From the NCBI RefSeq assembly GCF_006345805.1, contig NC_042998.1, positions 4,216,001 to 4,280,000 of the forward strand: a stretch of DNA of 64,000 nucleotides, read 5' to 3'. Both the position numbers and the translations under genes were made by a program. This stretch comes from Octopus sinensis (Eukaryota). The notes under the pieces are model-generated. The model ran no database searches. It was not told the DNA's origin and saw only the letters and a list, made by a program, of their open reading frames with translations. Of this stretch, positions 24,474 through 38,364 are shown piece by piece (the first letter of the stretch is position 1; each line of letters begins with the position of its first letter).

Positions 24474-26635
24474 TTTTATATAAAAATGCTACTAAACAAA
24501 TCTATGGTTATACAGATAGTATATTTTATATTTTCTTTTATAACAGTGAATATCAGGAAAAGTTGTTGCCTCTCTTATGGTTGTCAAACGAATAAAGATT
24601 GGAAAGCAGATAAACCTCGTTTATCTGAATATTCCAAATTGGAATGAACACTCGCTGCAGCCAAGCAATGTGTCGTCAAGTTGTCGGATCTCAAGCTGCT
24701 TATACAACGCAAAAATATGTTTATACAAATATGGTTATCATTTTACTCTATAAACAGCATAGATTATTAGTATTTCTATAGACAATATTTATCTCAGGTA
24801 ACGTCCATCTGCTGGATTACATTATGCCTGAGAAAAAAGACACCAGCAACGCAAATTTACTTAACCGAATGTATTTTATAGAATAAAAATTAGAAAAATT
24901 AATTTAATTAAAAACTGTTAGGATGGGAAATTTTGTTCAAGGCTACAAATGTTTCAAGAGTAAATCCCTTTTATGATTACATTTTGAAAGGTAAATTGAA
25001 TAACCAATATTCATAAGGAGATCCGTGGTTTGTAGCTGCTTGCTATAAACTAAGGAAAGAAACCCCTTTTCTCTCTTTATCTTTCAATGTTCGTTCGCAA
25101 AGTATTGATATATCTCTTTAGCACGCAGTTAATATTTGAAAAGCGAAGAATGTTGCATACAGGAACGCTCCTTGTGTATACTGGCAAACTATTTACCAGC
25201 ATTTGAAGAAGAGTAGAATAGAAAGGACAATATCGGGAAGGTTTAAACTCACAACTATTGGAGATGGAACTAATTCATTATGAGGCAATTAAGCAAGTGT
25301 TCTACTTTTGCCAGTAAGATATATGTTTTATTGTATGCATGGTATCACAGATCTATGAATCTAGAGCTTCTTACACAATTTTCCATCGGTTCAAGGAATT
25401 CAATCGGCAACACAGAAGAAAACTGTACAAAAATAACACTAGCTAAAGTAATAAAATTATTCCGACAAAATTTTCTATCTCCATTCAGCGTTGAACATGA
25501 CGATATGATGAATAAATACTAACAGACCAAGCAATAAAAGTTTCGAATCATTGGACAAATAGAGAACGCTCTGGCCATATCAAAATCTGAAAATATTTGA
25601 ACGTTTCTAAACATTAAACTGTATAAAAATGTTCCATTAGTACACTTATATGCATTATGCTGTACCACATTACACTTCTAAGTAATTAAAATGATTTATG
25701 TGCTCAAACATCATGTTATACATCATAGCACTTCACCGTATTATTACACTAAATAACATTTCTACAAACTACACAAGAAATTATTATTCTTGATCACGCT
25801 ACTATATTTCAACGGTGTCTGTCACTCATTAATATATTGTTTATCTTTTATTTCAGCTACAGTAGTAGCATCATCAGCAGTAGCAATAATTACAACTACA
25901 ACATCAAAACAACAAACGTAGCAGAGGTAATGATATTAGCATAGAAAGATGAAGAGATGACACAACAAAGACTATTAATTAATTAAACAAGTCACATTCT
26001 GAATGCAAATCAGTGCAAACTTTCGGTTAGAGATTGTGAAAATTAAGTGAGTCTGTGGCAAATTACATTGAAGTTATTGTGGGCTAACGAAAAGACTTTG
26101 GAAAATATTTTTTGTTACTATCTAACTTTTATTTTAGTCTTTTTTCCTTTTTAATTATATCTTCCTGGAAAGCATGCAAGCGTGCATACACATGTACACA
26201 TAGTCATACATAAAGTCAGTCATACATCAACATCATCTCAAACTGAAAGAAAATATAACAAACTAAACAAAATTGTACTAAATATAAAATACGTATAACA
26301 AAATAATCCTCTATTATTTAAATCAAACTCAGAAACTCGCATGCAGAAAAATGAAAGACGATACATGTATAAAAGTAAAATGTTTCACATGGTAGCAGAA
26401 AAAGACTCTTTAATTATTTGAAATCACAGTACGAATGGCAAAACATGTCATTATCATCTGTAACAAAGAGTAGGTCTCCCCCAAATTAAACGAAGTAAGC
26501 ACTTAGATTAAAGTTATGCATGCATGTCAATGCTTTGTAAGATTGATCTTTAACAACAATAGTGTTAACTCCGCATACTTTACGTTTCTATTTTATCGCG
26601 ATCCCTCCGTGAAGCGTAGACTACTAAATACTTAC

Positions 26636-26685
26636 CAAGAGTCCCCACAAGATGCGTAGACTTTAGCTGAGGAGTTCCAATATGA
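26636..26685 (-). CDS. Candidate 50-nt exon of an unidentified gene
   Basis: ACATCTTTTAG|TCATATTGG...GACTCTTG|GTAAGTA; two frames open (HIGTPQLKSTHLVGTL or SYWNSSAKVYASCGDS). Splice signals only. Confidence 0.25.
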
Positions 26686-28704
26686 CTAAAAGATGTCCAA
26701 ACTTGATACAACTGTGATCACAGATCATTCTTAGCGTTATAGCTCTGCATGTCCCAATTTAAATTTAAACTTTTTATCTCGGGATTTGACACTCACGTCG
26801 TCTGAGAATACATTTTAATTAAATCACAGAATGTTTGGCATTATAGTAATAATTTCATTCAATTGAAAAATATTTGCAGTCTTCTCCTGTGACATGTTAA
26901 CCTGTAGTATATGTTCTTCCTGAAGAATGCAACGATATGAAATTTTACGGTCATTATTTCAATTTGCTAAACCATTGACTCTTATTTATACAAAAACTTC
27001 TGATTCGTGGAGAACGCCCAGTATAATGGAAACATATCCAGATTTGTCGGATCAATACCCAAAGAGCAGACTATCTCTCTACTCCTCTGTATGTCTTCAT
27101 TTAAATTTAATTCTCTTATTGTTTGAGATTTTGTGAGTCCTCTCTCTTGCTTCAGCTTAAATCAATTGTTCATGAATACCGATTATATTGGCTTATTTGG
27201 ATAATCCTTTCGATAGAATAATTAATATTTACACAATGTTAACGCTGCATGTCCAATTAGTCATGCTTGATCTAATGAATTTATGTTCCTATTATATTTT
27301 TACAGCCATGAAGTATAATGCATCGTAGAAGTTATTCCGCAAGAAATCTAGGTATCTTTTTGTTGCTAAACTATGTAACTGATCACTAAGTTCGTTCCAT
27401 TTATTCTTTATCTTCGATACATTTATTTCAAGTATCTTTTGCACGAACAAAGATAATCTAAGTTATAGAAATTACTATTGACGTCCAGCTCACCATCTGA
27501 GCATATTACAAACTTAATTCTATATTCCAATGTATTATTAATTACTCTTATAGAAGCATCAGACCTGATCGCTTGTGTCTCGGTCAGTCTACCCGATAGT
27601 CTAATTATAAATTGTATATAGCAACTGTTTGTTTTTATCTCACAATATTAAGTTCATACTTATTCCCTTACTACATGTCAACGAAAACCATATCCATGAT
27701 AGCTGATCTTTTGAGCTCTCTGATTTCTTAAAAGTTGATCTTTGTTATATCAACATGAAAGGGTAGGGCCCTAGGCCAGCACTTTTGAAACGTTTGTTAT
27801 CCATTACCCTCGTCATTTTACAAGCATTTTGTCATCGCTCTCTTCCCTACAAGGGCAAATCCAGGCCTTGTGTCTATAGTAGAAAGTATCTCGAATTATT
27901 ACTGGTATTGCTATTTTCAGATTTTGGTAAAATGCCAGCAGTTTGGGAGAGAGAGTAGCCGATGATAATAACTGACTAAAATTGTTGGTCATATGCCAAA
28001 ATTGAAATAATAATTATTATCATTATTTTCATTAACAAATACTCATCGATATCAAACTTATTTACGCTTCATTTCGAGACTTATCTGACATCGTATATAC
28101 CAGCTTCAGTTAAAGCCTAGCTTTAGCTAAAATCCCGTTATATAATCGTCTGGTTATTCGCTATTTAATTTTTCCGAAAAATATTTTGAAACAGGTATGA
28201 ATTTTTTTTGTAAAATGAAGCATGTCTCTATTTTAGATAAGAAACGTATGAAAACTAAAATAATAACTTTCAAAATGGTTTCTCACATTTGAATATTTAC
28301 CTCAAGGGAGTCAAGAGAAATACTTCTGTTACCATCAAATAAACAGAATTTTTATTAGATGTCTCCTTAATTAGTTTTGCATCTATAGGATTTCATATAT
28401 TCAGAAAAATTTTCGAATTAAACTTGTAAACAGTATGTTATTACGAATACAAAATGCTCGTTTATGCTATATATTTGTGTTATGGAAGTAACTAACCTAA
28501 CGCCTAATTTCATGTAAATGATTGCAGCTGAAAGGAAAAGCCATAGTTTCTGAGCAGCTATTTATCTCCTCTTAATGTCTGACAGTTGCAAATTATAAGC
28601 TCATCGCTCATGTACGGTTGTAAATTTCTAAAACAGATTCGTTTATTAGGTATCTTTCTCTTTTTCTTTTATCTGATGGTATTTCTACAGTAATAATTTA
28701 TGAC

Positions 28705-28888
28705 TGTGGCAACGTCCGTAGCGGCATTTCGTCTGTCTTTAAGTTTTGAGTTCAAATTCCGCCGAGGTCAGCCTTGTTTTTCATCCTTTCGGGTTTGATA
28801 AAATAAGTAGCAGTTGAGCACAGGAGCTTGATGTAATCGACCTATCTCCTCCCACGAAATTGCTGGCCTTGTACCAAAATTTGAAACC
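28705..28888 (+). mobile_element. CORE-type SINE
   Basis: GAGTTCAAATTCCGCCGAGG...GATAAAATAAGTAGCAGTTGAGCAC...AAAATTTGAAACC. Confidence 0.8.
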
Positions 28889-30259
28889 AATATTTTATGA
28901 TTGCGTCCATCCTTTTCTAGTTTAAAATATCTCAATCTAGATTTAATTACATTAGCACAAGATTAATTTTATTACCACTAGTTTTACCATCATGTAATGT
29001 CATTTCACTCAGGTAACAGTTAGCATTCTCGGGGAATGTAATCCCCTTTGAGTACGTGTGGAAACAGATACCAATACTTACGTGAAATTTATTTAAATAG
29101 ATTGGTACTGCAGCAAGGGAAATATTTTCTTCTTCTCAGTTTCTACCAGAGAAAATGAATATTAGCTGTATTTAAACCAGGGATATAGCAAAAGTATTTA
29201 GAAGAATGGAGGAGAGAGATTTTAATCCGAGGTGACAGGAAATCCTCATTGCTGATAACAGCGTGACAGATGTGAGGAGATACGAGAGTGAAATCTACAG
29301 AAGCGCAGTCAAATGTTTATGGTTGAAGCTTCATTATCGTGTGCAAACTTGATAGCAGAACTGGAATCAAATATTTGCTCTTCAGAGAGATGGTTCGACT
29401 GTTACAAATCACTGATGGTGGAGGTTGTACCGCAGTCTACAAATGGTAGGTAAAGGAGATGGTGTAAAACTCTATGACAGATCTAGCTTTAAAGTTTTGC
29501 ATGTAAGAGAGTAAAAGGTGTGTCAAAGCACCATGATGTTACGTTAATAGTCTGCCTAGAACCTTGTACGACTGTATGAAACAAACGTGATGCATCTCCT
29601 TAAAAATTGGTAGGGTCTCTATCGAAACAAACGACATCTTATCGAAATAAATTATAAGGAATAACTAAAATAATTCAGGGTTTCCACATATATCATTAAT
29701 GATTAGTTATTGATTCTCTTTGCACAAATGTTTAACATACGTAATATAGCAAAATCTTTTACCAAGCTGGCATTAAAAGAGCCTTAAATATTTTTTATCA
29801 TTCACATTAAATTAAGATAATTGCACTTAAAATAAAGGACTTACATTATTCAACTGAAACAAAATGGAGACAATTCACACGTTTCATTTAGTCATAAAGG
29901 TAATGAATAATTCAAATGTAACATATCCTTAATTTTCTAACTATTAAACCAGTGTTACAGGATTAAGGTTATTTTCAATAACCAGATTCAACAACTAACT
30001 TGGATTTCAATATAAAAGCCATTCAGTTAAAAATGAAATATTCCTATAAAGACATGAACTTCTCAAATACATTTCCTCCCACTAATAAATTAAAATATTT
30101 ATTTATTTTATTACCATATAACATAGGTACCCTGTGAGAAGCAGTCAAAATCTAGATTTCACTTTTCGATTATAACTACTTATATTAACTAATGTTCAAA
30201 TACAATGGAAAATGGGAAAAACCTCACAGGGCACGGCACCTCTTACAGATATGTTACCT

Positions 30260-30460
30260 GAAGCTGAAAAGTTTCTCGCTTGATAGGTATCGCTAAAGGC
30301 CTGGTTGGACGCCCAACCTTCCCAGTTCTCTTACATGGCTTAGAAAACTGAAGGACTGCTGCAATAAGTGTTTGAATCTGAGAACGGAATATGTTGAATA
30401 GAATCATAATGAACTAATTATCCTGTACTTTCTTTTGCCCAAAGTCCGGAACTTTGTGAG
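30260..30460 (+). mobile_element. Short mariner deletion derivative
   Basis: Degenerate TIRs (GCTGAAAAGTTTC ... AAAGTCCGGAACTTT) and C-terminal KCLNLRTEYVE* typical of mariner transposases. Confidence 0.55.
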
Positions 30461-31442
30461 AAATGGTGAACTCAAATTATCGTGTTAGAACGTACTTGAT
30501 TCGCACGCATTTAACCAATGCATATTATTCCTGGATGTGAAAAGATCTCTGAAACTATATAATTATAACAATTAATTTGCTAATAAATTCAAAAATAATT
30601 CTATAAATTTTCAATAAGGGGTCACTTAGTTTATGATTGTTGGTGCTATTGCAACCTTTTTTTTTATTTAAGTAAGACATAACATTTCAAGATAAACCTT
30701 AAAAATGTTTTTAAATATCTGAGGAGGATATAATTTAGACCATTTTTCTATTTCTTTGGAAATGTATCGATGTAATTTTGTCAATAAACAAACTAAAGTT
30801 ATTGATACGGATATTATAATAGTAAATACTATATTACACTCTTGTATATAATACGTATCAACGTTAACGAGTAAAGATAATGCAATAAAATAATTGAATT
30901 TATTATAGATTTTGCAGAGAAAATTGGAGTCGCCTATATTGTTCGTTTAAGCTGTAGTGTTATGTTTATTGCTTCTATACGTGCCAGTCATAGCTGCAAA
31001 ATAAGAGGTCACTAATCTATTCGCTTAGTTGAAAGAATTCTCGGCAATTAGTCTATAAATGTGATGATCACATTGAGCTTTTCAAAGCAACGGTATCGGA
31101 CTTCCCTGTTACGTGGTTCTTACTAGAGAAATATTTCACTGACAAAGCTTACGAGTCACTTGAATATTAATTTCATTGCTTCCAATCTATTTATTATTAA
31201 AACATTGCACAGTCGTAAGTGTTCATTAACAGCTCACATTTTAATGAAACGTTTCGAAATTGTTTTAAAATGCATAAAATTGTAGCTACGGGTAGCATCA
31301 AGTATTGATATAAAAATTGTTACAACAATAAGTGAAGTAATCGAATCACATTGACGATATGGCTATGTGTATGTATGCGTGTATGTATACAGCGTAGGCC
31401 AAATGTAACTCACCAAAACATTTGGCATTTATATATATAGCG

Positions 31443-31502
31443 TTATTATTATTATTATTATTATTATTATCATCATTATCATCATCATCATCATCATCAT
31501 CA

Positions 31503-31537
<35 letters not shown>

Positions 31538-31546
31538 TTATTATTA

Positions 31547-31591
<45 letters not shown>

Positions 31592-31606
31592 TTATATTAT
31601 TATTAT
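31443..31606. repeat. (TTA)n/(TCA)n microsatellite
   Basis: Direct reading. Confidence 0.95.
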
Positions 31607-31954
31607 TCAGTAGTCTTTTTTCCTATGAACTTTTCTGGTGTGTGCCCATACTATCTTCTTCTTTTTCATTATCTTCTCCTCCTTCTTATTATTATCAATA
31701 TTAATACGCCAATTTGTTTTTCGCACGTGCCTGACGCGTGTATCACGCTGAAGACAAAGAAAAATTATTGAAAGAAATTTTGTTGATTAAATAAAACGTT
31801 TTAACTAGATCTCTTTTAATTTCTGGAAGAAATTTGAAACCACCACCTATGTGTTGTATTACTACTACTCAACATCCATGCCTATGTGTCCAACAATGCA
31901 GCAAGGAACAGAAAGACAAAATTAAGATACTTAAATTTGCAAGGGAGAGAGGAA

Positions 31955-31987
<33 letters not shown>

Positions 31988-32117
31988 GGAGGAAGAGATA
32001 TGACGGCATGAAACTGTCTTTTCGGAGTGGCTGATGGGTATTTGAATTCCTTTTCACGACTGAACTGCAATTGACCCATGTCTGTTAAAGCCCCAACTAC
32101 ACACACATTTGTTTTAG

Positions 32118-32159
32118 GATTTCCACCCATTTGAATCCATCCATACACCAGATAACATG
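32118..32159 (+). CDS. Candidate 42-nt exon (DFHPFESIHTPDNM, or 5'UTR ending in ATG)
   Basis: TTTGTTTTAG|GATTTCC...AACATG|GTAAGT, strong acceptor and donor. Confidence 0.35.
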
Positions 32160-32591
32160 GTAAGTCTTATGTTCCGAAATTTAAATTTTGAATTTGTTTT
32201 AATTATAAAATTACACCTCAACTAAAATCGTCTTTTGGCCTTCGAATACAACCATTTCTTTCTATTTCTATATTTTTTCTTCAGTTACAATTTCTCTGTT
32301 TTGGTTAAGATTTTTTCAATTTCTTTTTTGATGGATGAAAGCATGTAAAAAGAAATTAAATTCATATAGCCGAACAAAATAAAAAAATATTAATTCTGCT
32401 TTTCCCTTTCATTAATACTAACAAAAGCATGGTATGAGAGAGATTTGGCTGTTATTTCTAGCAAATTGAACAACCACACAAAGTTGTTCAATTGGCTCAT
32501 TTGGTGTTGTGTATAAGTAAACAAAAACTAAAAGACACACACACACACATATATATATATGGACATATGAATATATGTTATCCTTGTATGT

Positions 32592-32646
<55 letters not shown>

Positions 32647-32989
32647 TAATAAGTATCACGTGGTGGAAATAGATGGAACTTTCTCTTTCTATATTTTTTG
32701 TTAAGTTAGAATTTCTCTGTTTTGGTCAGCATTTTTCCAATTTTTTTTCATTTTATCAAGCTATTGACGAATGCACTTCAAAAAATAGTTCTATTTTCAC
32801 CCTTTCCTTTCTTACAATGTAATAAATTACTGTATCCTATATACTGTGTCATTTCATATTAGGTATTTCAGAAATATTTTCACCTTTTAAACAAAAAGTG
32901 TCTAATACATTTGTATATGTTTTTCAATTGAAACACTCTGAATCATTTTGGAGATTTATTGTTTTAATAACAAGTTCTAAAAAAATATC

Positions 32990-33710
32990 GATAATTGCAT
33001 GAGGAACGCAGCACGAGAGCGTCAGTGTAGAAGGAGAGAACAGTTGCGCTGGAACAACGGGAGGAAATTAGGAATCAAAATCTGTTTGTCATTACATTAC
33101 TTAGCCCGTCGGGAACGCTTTCATGTGTTTAGAGAAAGAGGGGGAGAAAGAAAAGAGGGGGAGAGAAAAAGAGGATAAGGTGAAGAGTGAGGCAGAAAGA
33201 AAGAGAAAGAAGACGGCGAGAGAAAAGACGGAGACAGAGAACATGAAATAGGGGGAAAGATAATATTTATTACTTGGTTAAATAAGTTAGCTGAAGGTAG
33301 TGATATAGAACGAGGCAGAGAAGAAAATAAATATACCAAGAGGAGAGATGTGTTGAGAGGAATTGTTTGGGGGTTTGGATAATTCACCCCTACGGCATAT
33401 GAGGGAAAGACATCAGTAAAAGATTGAATAAATGAGCCCGGACCAAAGAGAAGTGTATTTTCAAAATAAGAAAGATAGCGGCCAACGGAATCGAGAACAC
33501 ACGAGTCAGCTGTAGTTAGAAAATATGAGAAACAGAGTTCAAAAAAGAAGGGAACATATGGACGAAGATAAAAGGCAAAATTACCTTCAAGATCTGAGAA
33601 ACAGAGTCCAAGAAAGAAGGAAAAATATGGTAGAGGATGAAACACAGAATTATCTTATGACAGATAGAGCTCAAATGAGAAGACGGAATATAATTTTAAA
33701 AGACGGAATA
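32990..33710 (+). mobile_element. Probable Helitron internal fragment
   Basis: 22-aa charged tandem repeat (RNRVQKRREHMDEDKRQNYLQDL / RNRVQERRKNMVEDETQNYL). A ~290-bp segment is shared with 39549-39830, which adjoins a Helitron helicase relic. Confidence 0.5.
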
Positions 33711-33730
33711 TAATAAAATAAAATTACTAC

Positions 33731-33886
33731 GATCCCAGTGCGTAACTGGTATTTAATTTATCGACCCCGAAAGGATGAAAGGCAAAGTCGACCTCAGCGG
33801 AATTTGAACTCAGAACGTAATGACAGACGTAATACCGCTAAGCCTTTCGCCCGGCGTGCTAACGATTCTGCCAACTCGCCACCTTT
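33731..33886 (-). mobile_element. CORE-type SINE (5' part)
   Basis: Homology to 5822-6050. Confidence 0.85.
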
Positions 33887-33987
33887 AATTCTCACAATAT
33901 AGAAACATTTCTCATGGCACCAGCACACAGTTTACAGATGCTGACATTTTTTAATGTTTTCCGTGAATTTTGCACGGGTACAGCTAG

Positions 33988-34470
33988 TTATTATTATTAT
34001 TATTGTGTGAGAGAGCAGTGCATGCTATCAAAGTGACCTCGGAGTAAAATATACGAAGCCCAGTATACCCATCATGACAACCCGTCTGATAAAGTACACC
34101 AGGCACATGCATCACAAGCATATGTGCGCAACATGGTGATCGAGATAAACAGCTTTCAAGATAAACACCGCATGAACTTGCATGTGGGGACAAGTTAACA
34201 TTTTCTTCAGGTCGAGTAGCCCATCCCGCTCAAAAGGTCCCTGAATAAAGGTTGTTTAAGGAGGTTGAACCAAATACCCATGTTTCCAGGGGTGAATTAT
34301 CCAAACCGCAAACAATTCCTCTCAACACATGGCTATGATGCTCCCCCACTACTGCCTGTGATCAGAGATGTACATTTCGCCAGCCACTAAGTCACATGCT
34401 CAACTGGTTAAAGTCAAACAACTGACAAGCAAATAAGTGGTATTGAGCAGAATATTTGCTGTAGTCTATA
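33988..34470 (-). mobile_element. Probable retroposon 3' region ending in a (TAA)n tail
   Basis: GC-richer non-coding block terminating in TTATTATTATTATT at 33988-34004; family not identified. Confidence 0.4.
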
Positions 34471-34479
34471 TTTTATACC

Positions 34480-34740
34480 CATTTCTTCACTACCCGCAAG
34501 GAGCTAAACACAGAGGGGACAAACAAGGAGAGACAAACGGATTAAGTCGATTATATCGACTCCAGTGCGTAGCTGGTACTTATTTAATCGACCCCGAAAG
34601 AATGAAAGGCAAAGTCGACCTCGGCGGAATTCGAACCCTGAACGTAACGGCAGACGAAATACTGTTAAGCATTTCGCCCGGCGTGCTAACGTTTCTGCCA
34701 GCTCGCCGCCGTTACCCAGCTCGTCGCCGTTATCCAGCTC
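34480..34740 (-). mobile_element. Full CORE-type SINE with a short duplicated 5' end
   Basis: Homology to 5822-6050; CAGCTCGCCGCCGTTACCCAGCTCGTCGCCGTTATCCAGCTC at the head. Confidence 0.85.
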
Positions 34741-34822
34741 AAGACAAAACAATGTAAATAATAACACTTCCAATCAGTTAAGAACAGAATCCATGAAGCC
34801 ACTGTCTGGTACTGCATCAAGG

Positions 34823-35991
<1,169 letters not shown>

Positions 35992-37890
35992 TAGTTAGTT
36001 AGTTAGTTAGTTAATTTGGCTCAAAAGCAAATAGCAAGGCCATGTAGGGGGACATGGAGTTAAGTACAGGGTGGTGTTCATGTAAAGAGTTCAGGCCACT
36101 TGAGGTCCAGGGAGGCTTTGAACAAAGCGGTCGTCGGCATCTTCACCATCTCATCTGGCAGCTTGTTCCACGGATCCACAACCCGGACGGAGAAAGCTCC
36201 TCTCCTTCGATTGAGATGAAATCGTCGCAGGTAGAGCTTTTCGGAATGATCCCGCAGCCGACGCTCCGGAGCAGGAGTGAAGAACAGCTCTTTCGAGAGG
36301 TTACACTTTCCGCTTATGATGTTGTGGGCGAGAATGAGATCACCACGGCGGCGGCGTTTTTCAAGAGAATAAAGGTCGAGCGTCCTCAGCCTTTCTTCGT
36401 AGGACAAATTTTTGAGACCATGAACCAGGCGGGTAGCCAGCCTCTGGACTCTTTCGAGGTGCTGTATGTCTTTGAGAAGATAAGGAGAAGAGGCTTGAAT
36501 CCCATACTCCAATATGGATCTCACCAGCGTGACATAGAGTGGCAGGAATATGGCTGCTGTGAGCACTCCGAATGACCGTCGAATCAAAAACAGAATTCCG
36601 CGCGCTTTGTTGGCAGCATGGACGCACTGGGCCGAAGGCGAAAAGGAGGAATCCACCAAGATACCCAGGTCCTTTACCTGATCGGTCCTCTCCAGCAGCA
36701 GACGACCCGGCTCGAAATCAAGTTGAGTTGTAGGAGTAGAGCCGACAGGCAGATGACAGCACTTTGACACGTTCAGACACAGGTCCCAATCGTTAGACCA
36801 CTTCCAAATTTGGTGGAGGCATCGACGAAGATCTTCAATACTACCGCGAGGAGCGACCAGTTTGATATCGTCGGCATATAGAAGGGTGTGTTGCGTGAGG
36901 TCGTCGGGCAAGTCATTTATGAAGACTAAGAACAACAAGGGCCCAAGCACTGAACCTTGAGGCACGCCACTGCTCGCACTGGAGACGTCGGACCGCGAAC
37001 CATTAACTTGAACTTGGAAGGAGCGATCTGAGAGGAAGGCACCAACCCATCGTACAATATCCGGATGGAAACTATATGCTTGACGCTTGACAAGTAGTAG
37101 GCGGTGGTTTACCGAGTCAAAAGCTTTGGCAAAGTCCAATAAAACGATGTCAACAGCATCACTATCATCGAGGATGCGCGTCACCAATTCTTCCATTACT
37201 AGTAAGTTGGTCAAGCATGATCTCTTCGGCACGAAGCCGTGTTGGGAATCAGTGATCGAGGCTGTGCTTAGGAGGTGGAGCATCATACTTTTCTTAAGGA
37301 TGGTTTCGAACATCTTGCTGATTATTGATGTAAGGGAAACCGGTCGGTAGTTAAGCGGGTCTTCGCGGCTCCCTTTCTTGAAAATTGGGCAGATTATCGC
37401 TGTTATCCAGTCTGCAGGTATAACACCCGTCGCCAATGACATATTGAATAGTCGTGTTAAGGGCTCGCAGATGACCGGAGCCAACGCTTTGATAACGCGT
37501 GGGTGTATGCCGTCAGGGCCGTAACCCTTGTTGACATCGAGGCCTTGAATAACACGTTTGACTTGGTCCCGCGTGATGATCAATCGAAGCATTGGAGGTA
37601 CCGATCTATCAAATGGAGGGGGTTCACGACCATCATCTTGTTTGAAAATAGTTGAAAAAGCCTCGGCAAATAATTGACTCTGTTGATAAGGGTCCTCAAT
37701 CGATACGCCTGTTGAGTCTACCAATGTTACAATCTGGTTGTTCAAGCGGGAATTCCGCTGGACATGGGCAAAGAAGGTTTTTGGATTGCTATTGGCATTT
37801 GCCGCGATTTTGTATTCATAACTGAAGCGTTCTTTCTTTTCAATTTTCACGGCTCGGTCTCGTTGAGTTTTGTACACCTCAAAAGCTGCA
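35992..37890 (-). mobile_element. 5'-truncated CR1/Jockey-like LINE with (TAAC)n tail and 6-bp TSD
   Basis: GTTTGT at 35986-35991 and 37891-37896; (GTTA)n tail at 35992-36012. Confidence 0.92.
36078..37877 (-). CDS. Non-LTR retrotransposon reverse transcriptase (uninterrupted 599 aa, endonuclease domain absent through 5' truncation)
   Basis: GPDGIHP, YRPVSLTS, QHGF, LDFAKAFDSV, GVPQGSVLGPLLF, YADD, DLG motifs. Confidence 0.95.
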   Translation of the reverse strand: MYKTQRDRAVKIEKKERFSYEYKIAANANSNPKTFFAHVQRNSRLNNQIVTLVDSTGVSIEDPYQQSQLFAEAFSTIFKQDDGREPPPFDRSVPPMLRLIITRDQVKRVIQGLDVNKGYGPDGIHPRVIKALAPVICEPLTRLFNMSLATGVIPADWITAIICPIFKKGSREDPLNYRPVSLTSIISKMFETILKKSMMLHLLSTASITDSQHGFVPKRSCLTNLLVMEELVTRILDDSDAVDIVLLDFAKAFDSVNHRLLLVKRQAYSFHPDIVRWVGAFLSDRSFQVQVNGSRSDVSSASSGVPQGSVLGPLLFLVFINDLPDDLTQHTLLYADDIKLVAPRGSIEDLRRCLHQIWKWSNDWDLCLNVSKCCHLPVGSTPTTQLDFEPGRLLLERTDQVKDLGILVDSSFSPSAQCVHAANKARGILFLIRRSFGVLTAAIFLPLYVTLVRSILEYGIQASSPYLLKDIQHLERVQRLATRLVHGLKNLSYEERLRTLDLYSLEKRRRRGDLILAHNIISGKCNLSKELFFTPAPERRLRDHSEKLYLRRFHLNRRRGAFSVRVVDPWNKLPDEMVKMPTTALFKASLDLKWPELFT

Positions 37891-38220
37891 GTTTGTATTT
37901 GTCAGCTTCCTTAAATACTGAGAACAGTTTTTTGTTTTGCTCATGTTTTGCCGCTATTTGTATCAGTTTTCCTTCCTTCTGAAGTAGATATTTTTGCAGT
38001 CCTATGGTGGTTATTTTATAGTAGTTTTCCAGCTGTATAAGGCCTCTACCACCTTCTATACGTTGTATATATAGTCTTTCTATGTCAGATCTTGGGTGAT
38101 GCATCTTGATCCTGTCATTATTTTTCTTGTTTTCTTATCTATTTTGGTCAGTTCATTTAGTGTCCAGTTAAGGATATTGTAGCTGTAACTTATAACTGGG
38201 ACAGCTAAAGTGTTAATACC
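37891..38220 (-). mobile_element. R4/Dong-like element, upstream part (RT thumb region), 5'-truncated
   Basis: HHPRSDIERLYIQRIEGGRGL...EADKYK joins in frame to HEIIPPHEYEE once the CR1 insert and one TSD copy are removed. Confidence 0.88.
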
Positions 38221-38221
38221 T

Positions 38222-38240
38222 ATTATCTTGTATTATTATA

Positions 38241-38280
<40 letters not shown>

Positions 38281-38304
38281 TATTATTATTATTATTATTA
38301 TTAA

Positions 38305-38363
<59 letters not shown>
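38222..38363. repeat. (TTA)n microsatellite flanking the Dong-like element
   Basis: Direct reading. Confidence 0.95.

Positions 38364-38364
<1 letters not shown>

Noticed and set aside
25845-25885. Minus-strand CTGATGA...GAAA hammerhead-like core
   Set aside because: Stem I cannot form; arises from a degenerate CAG/TAG trinucleotide tract.
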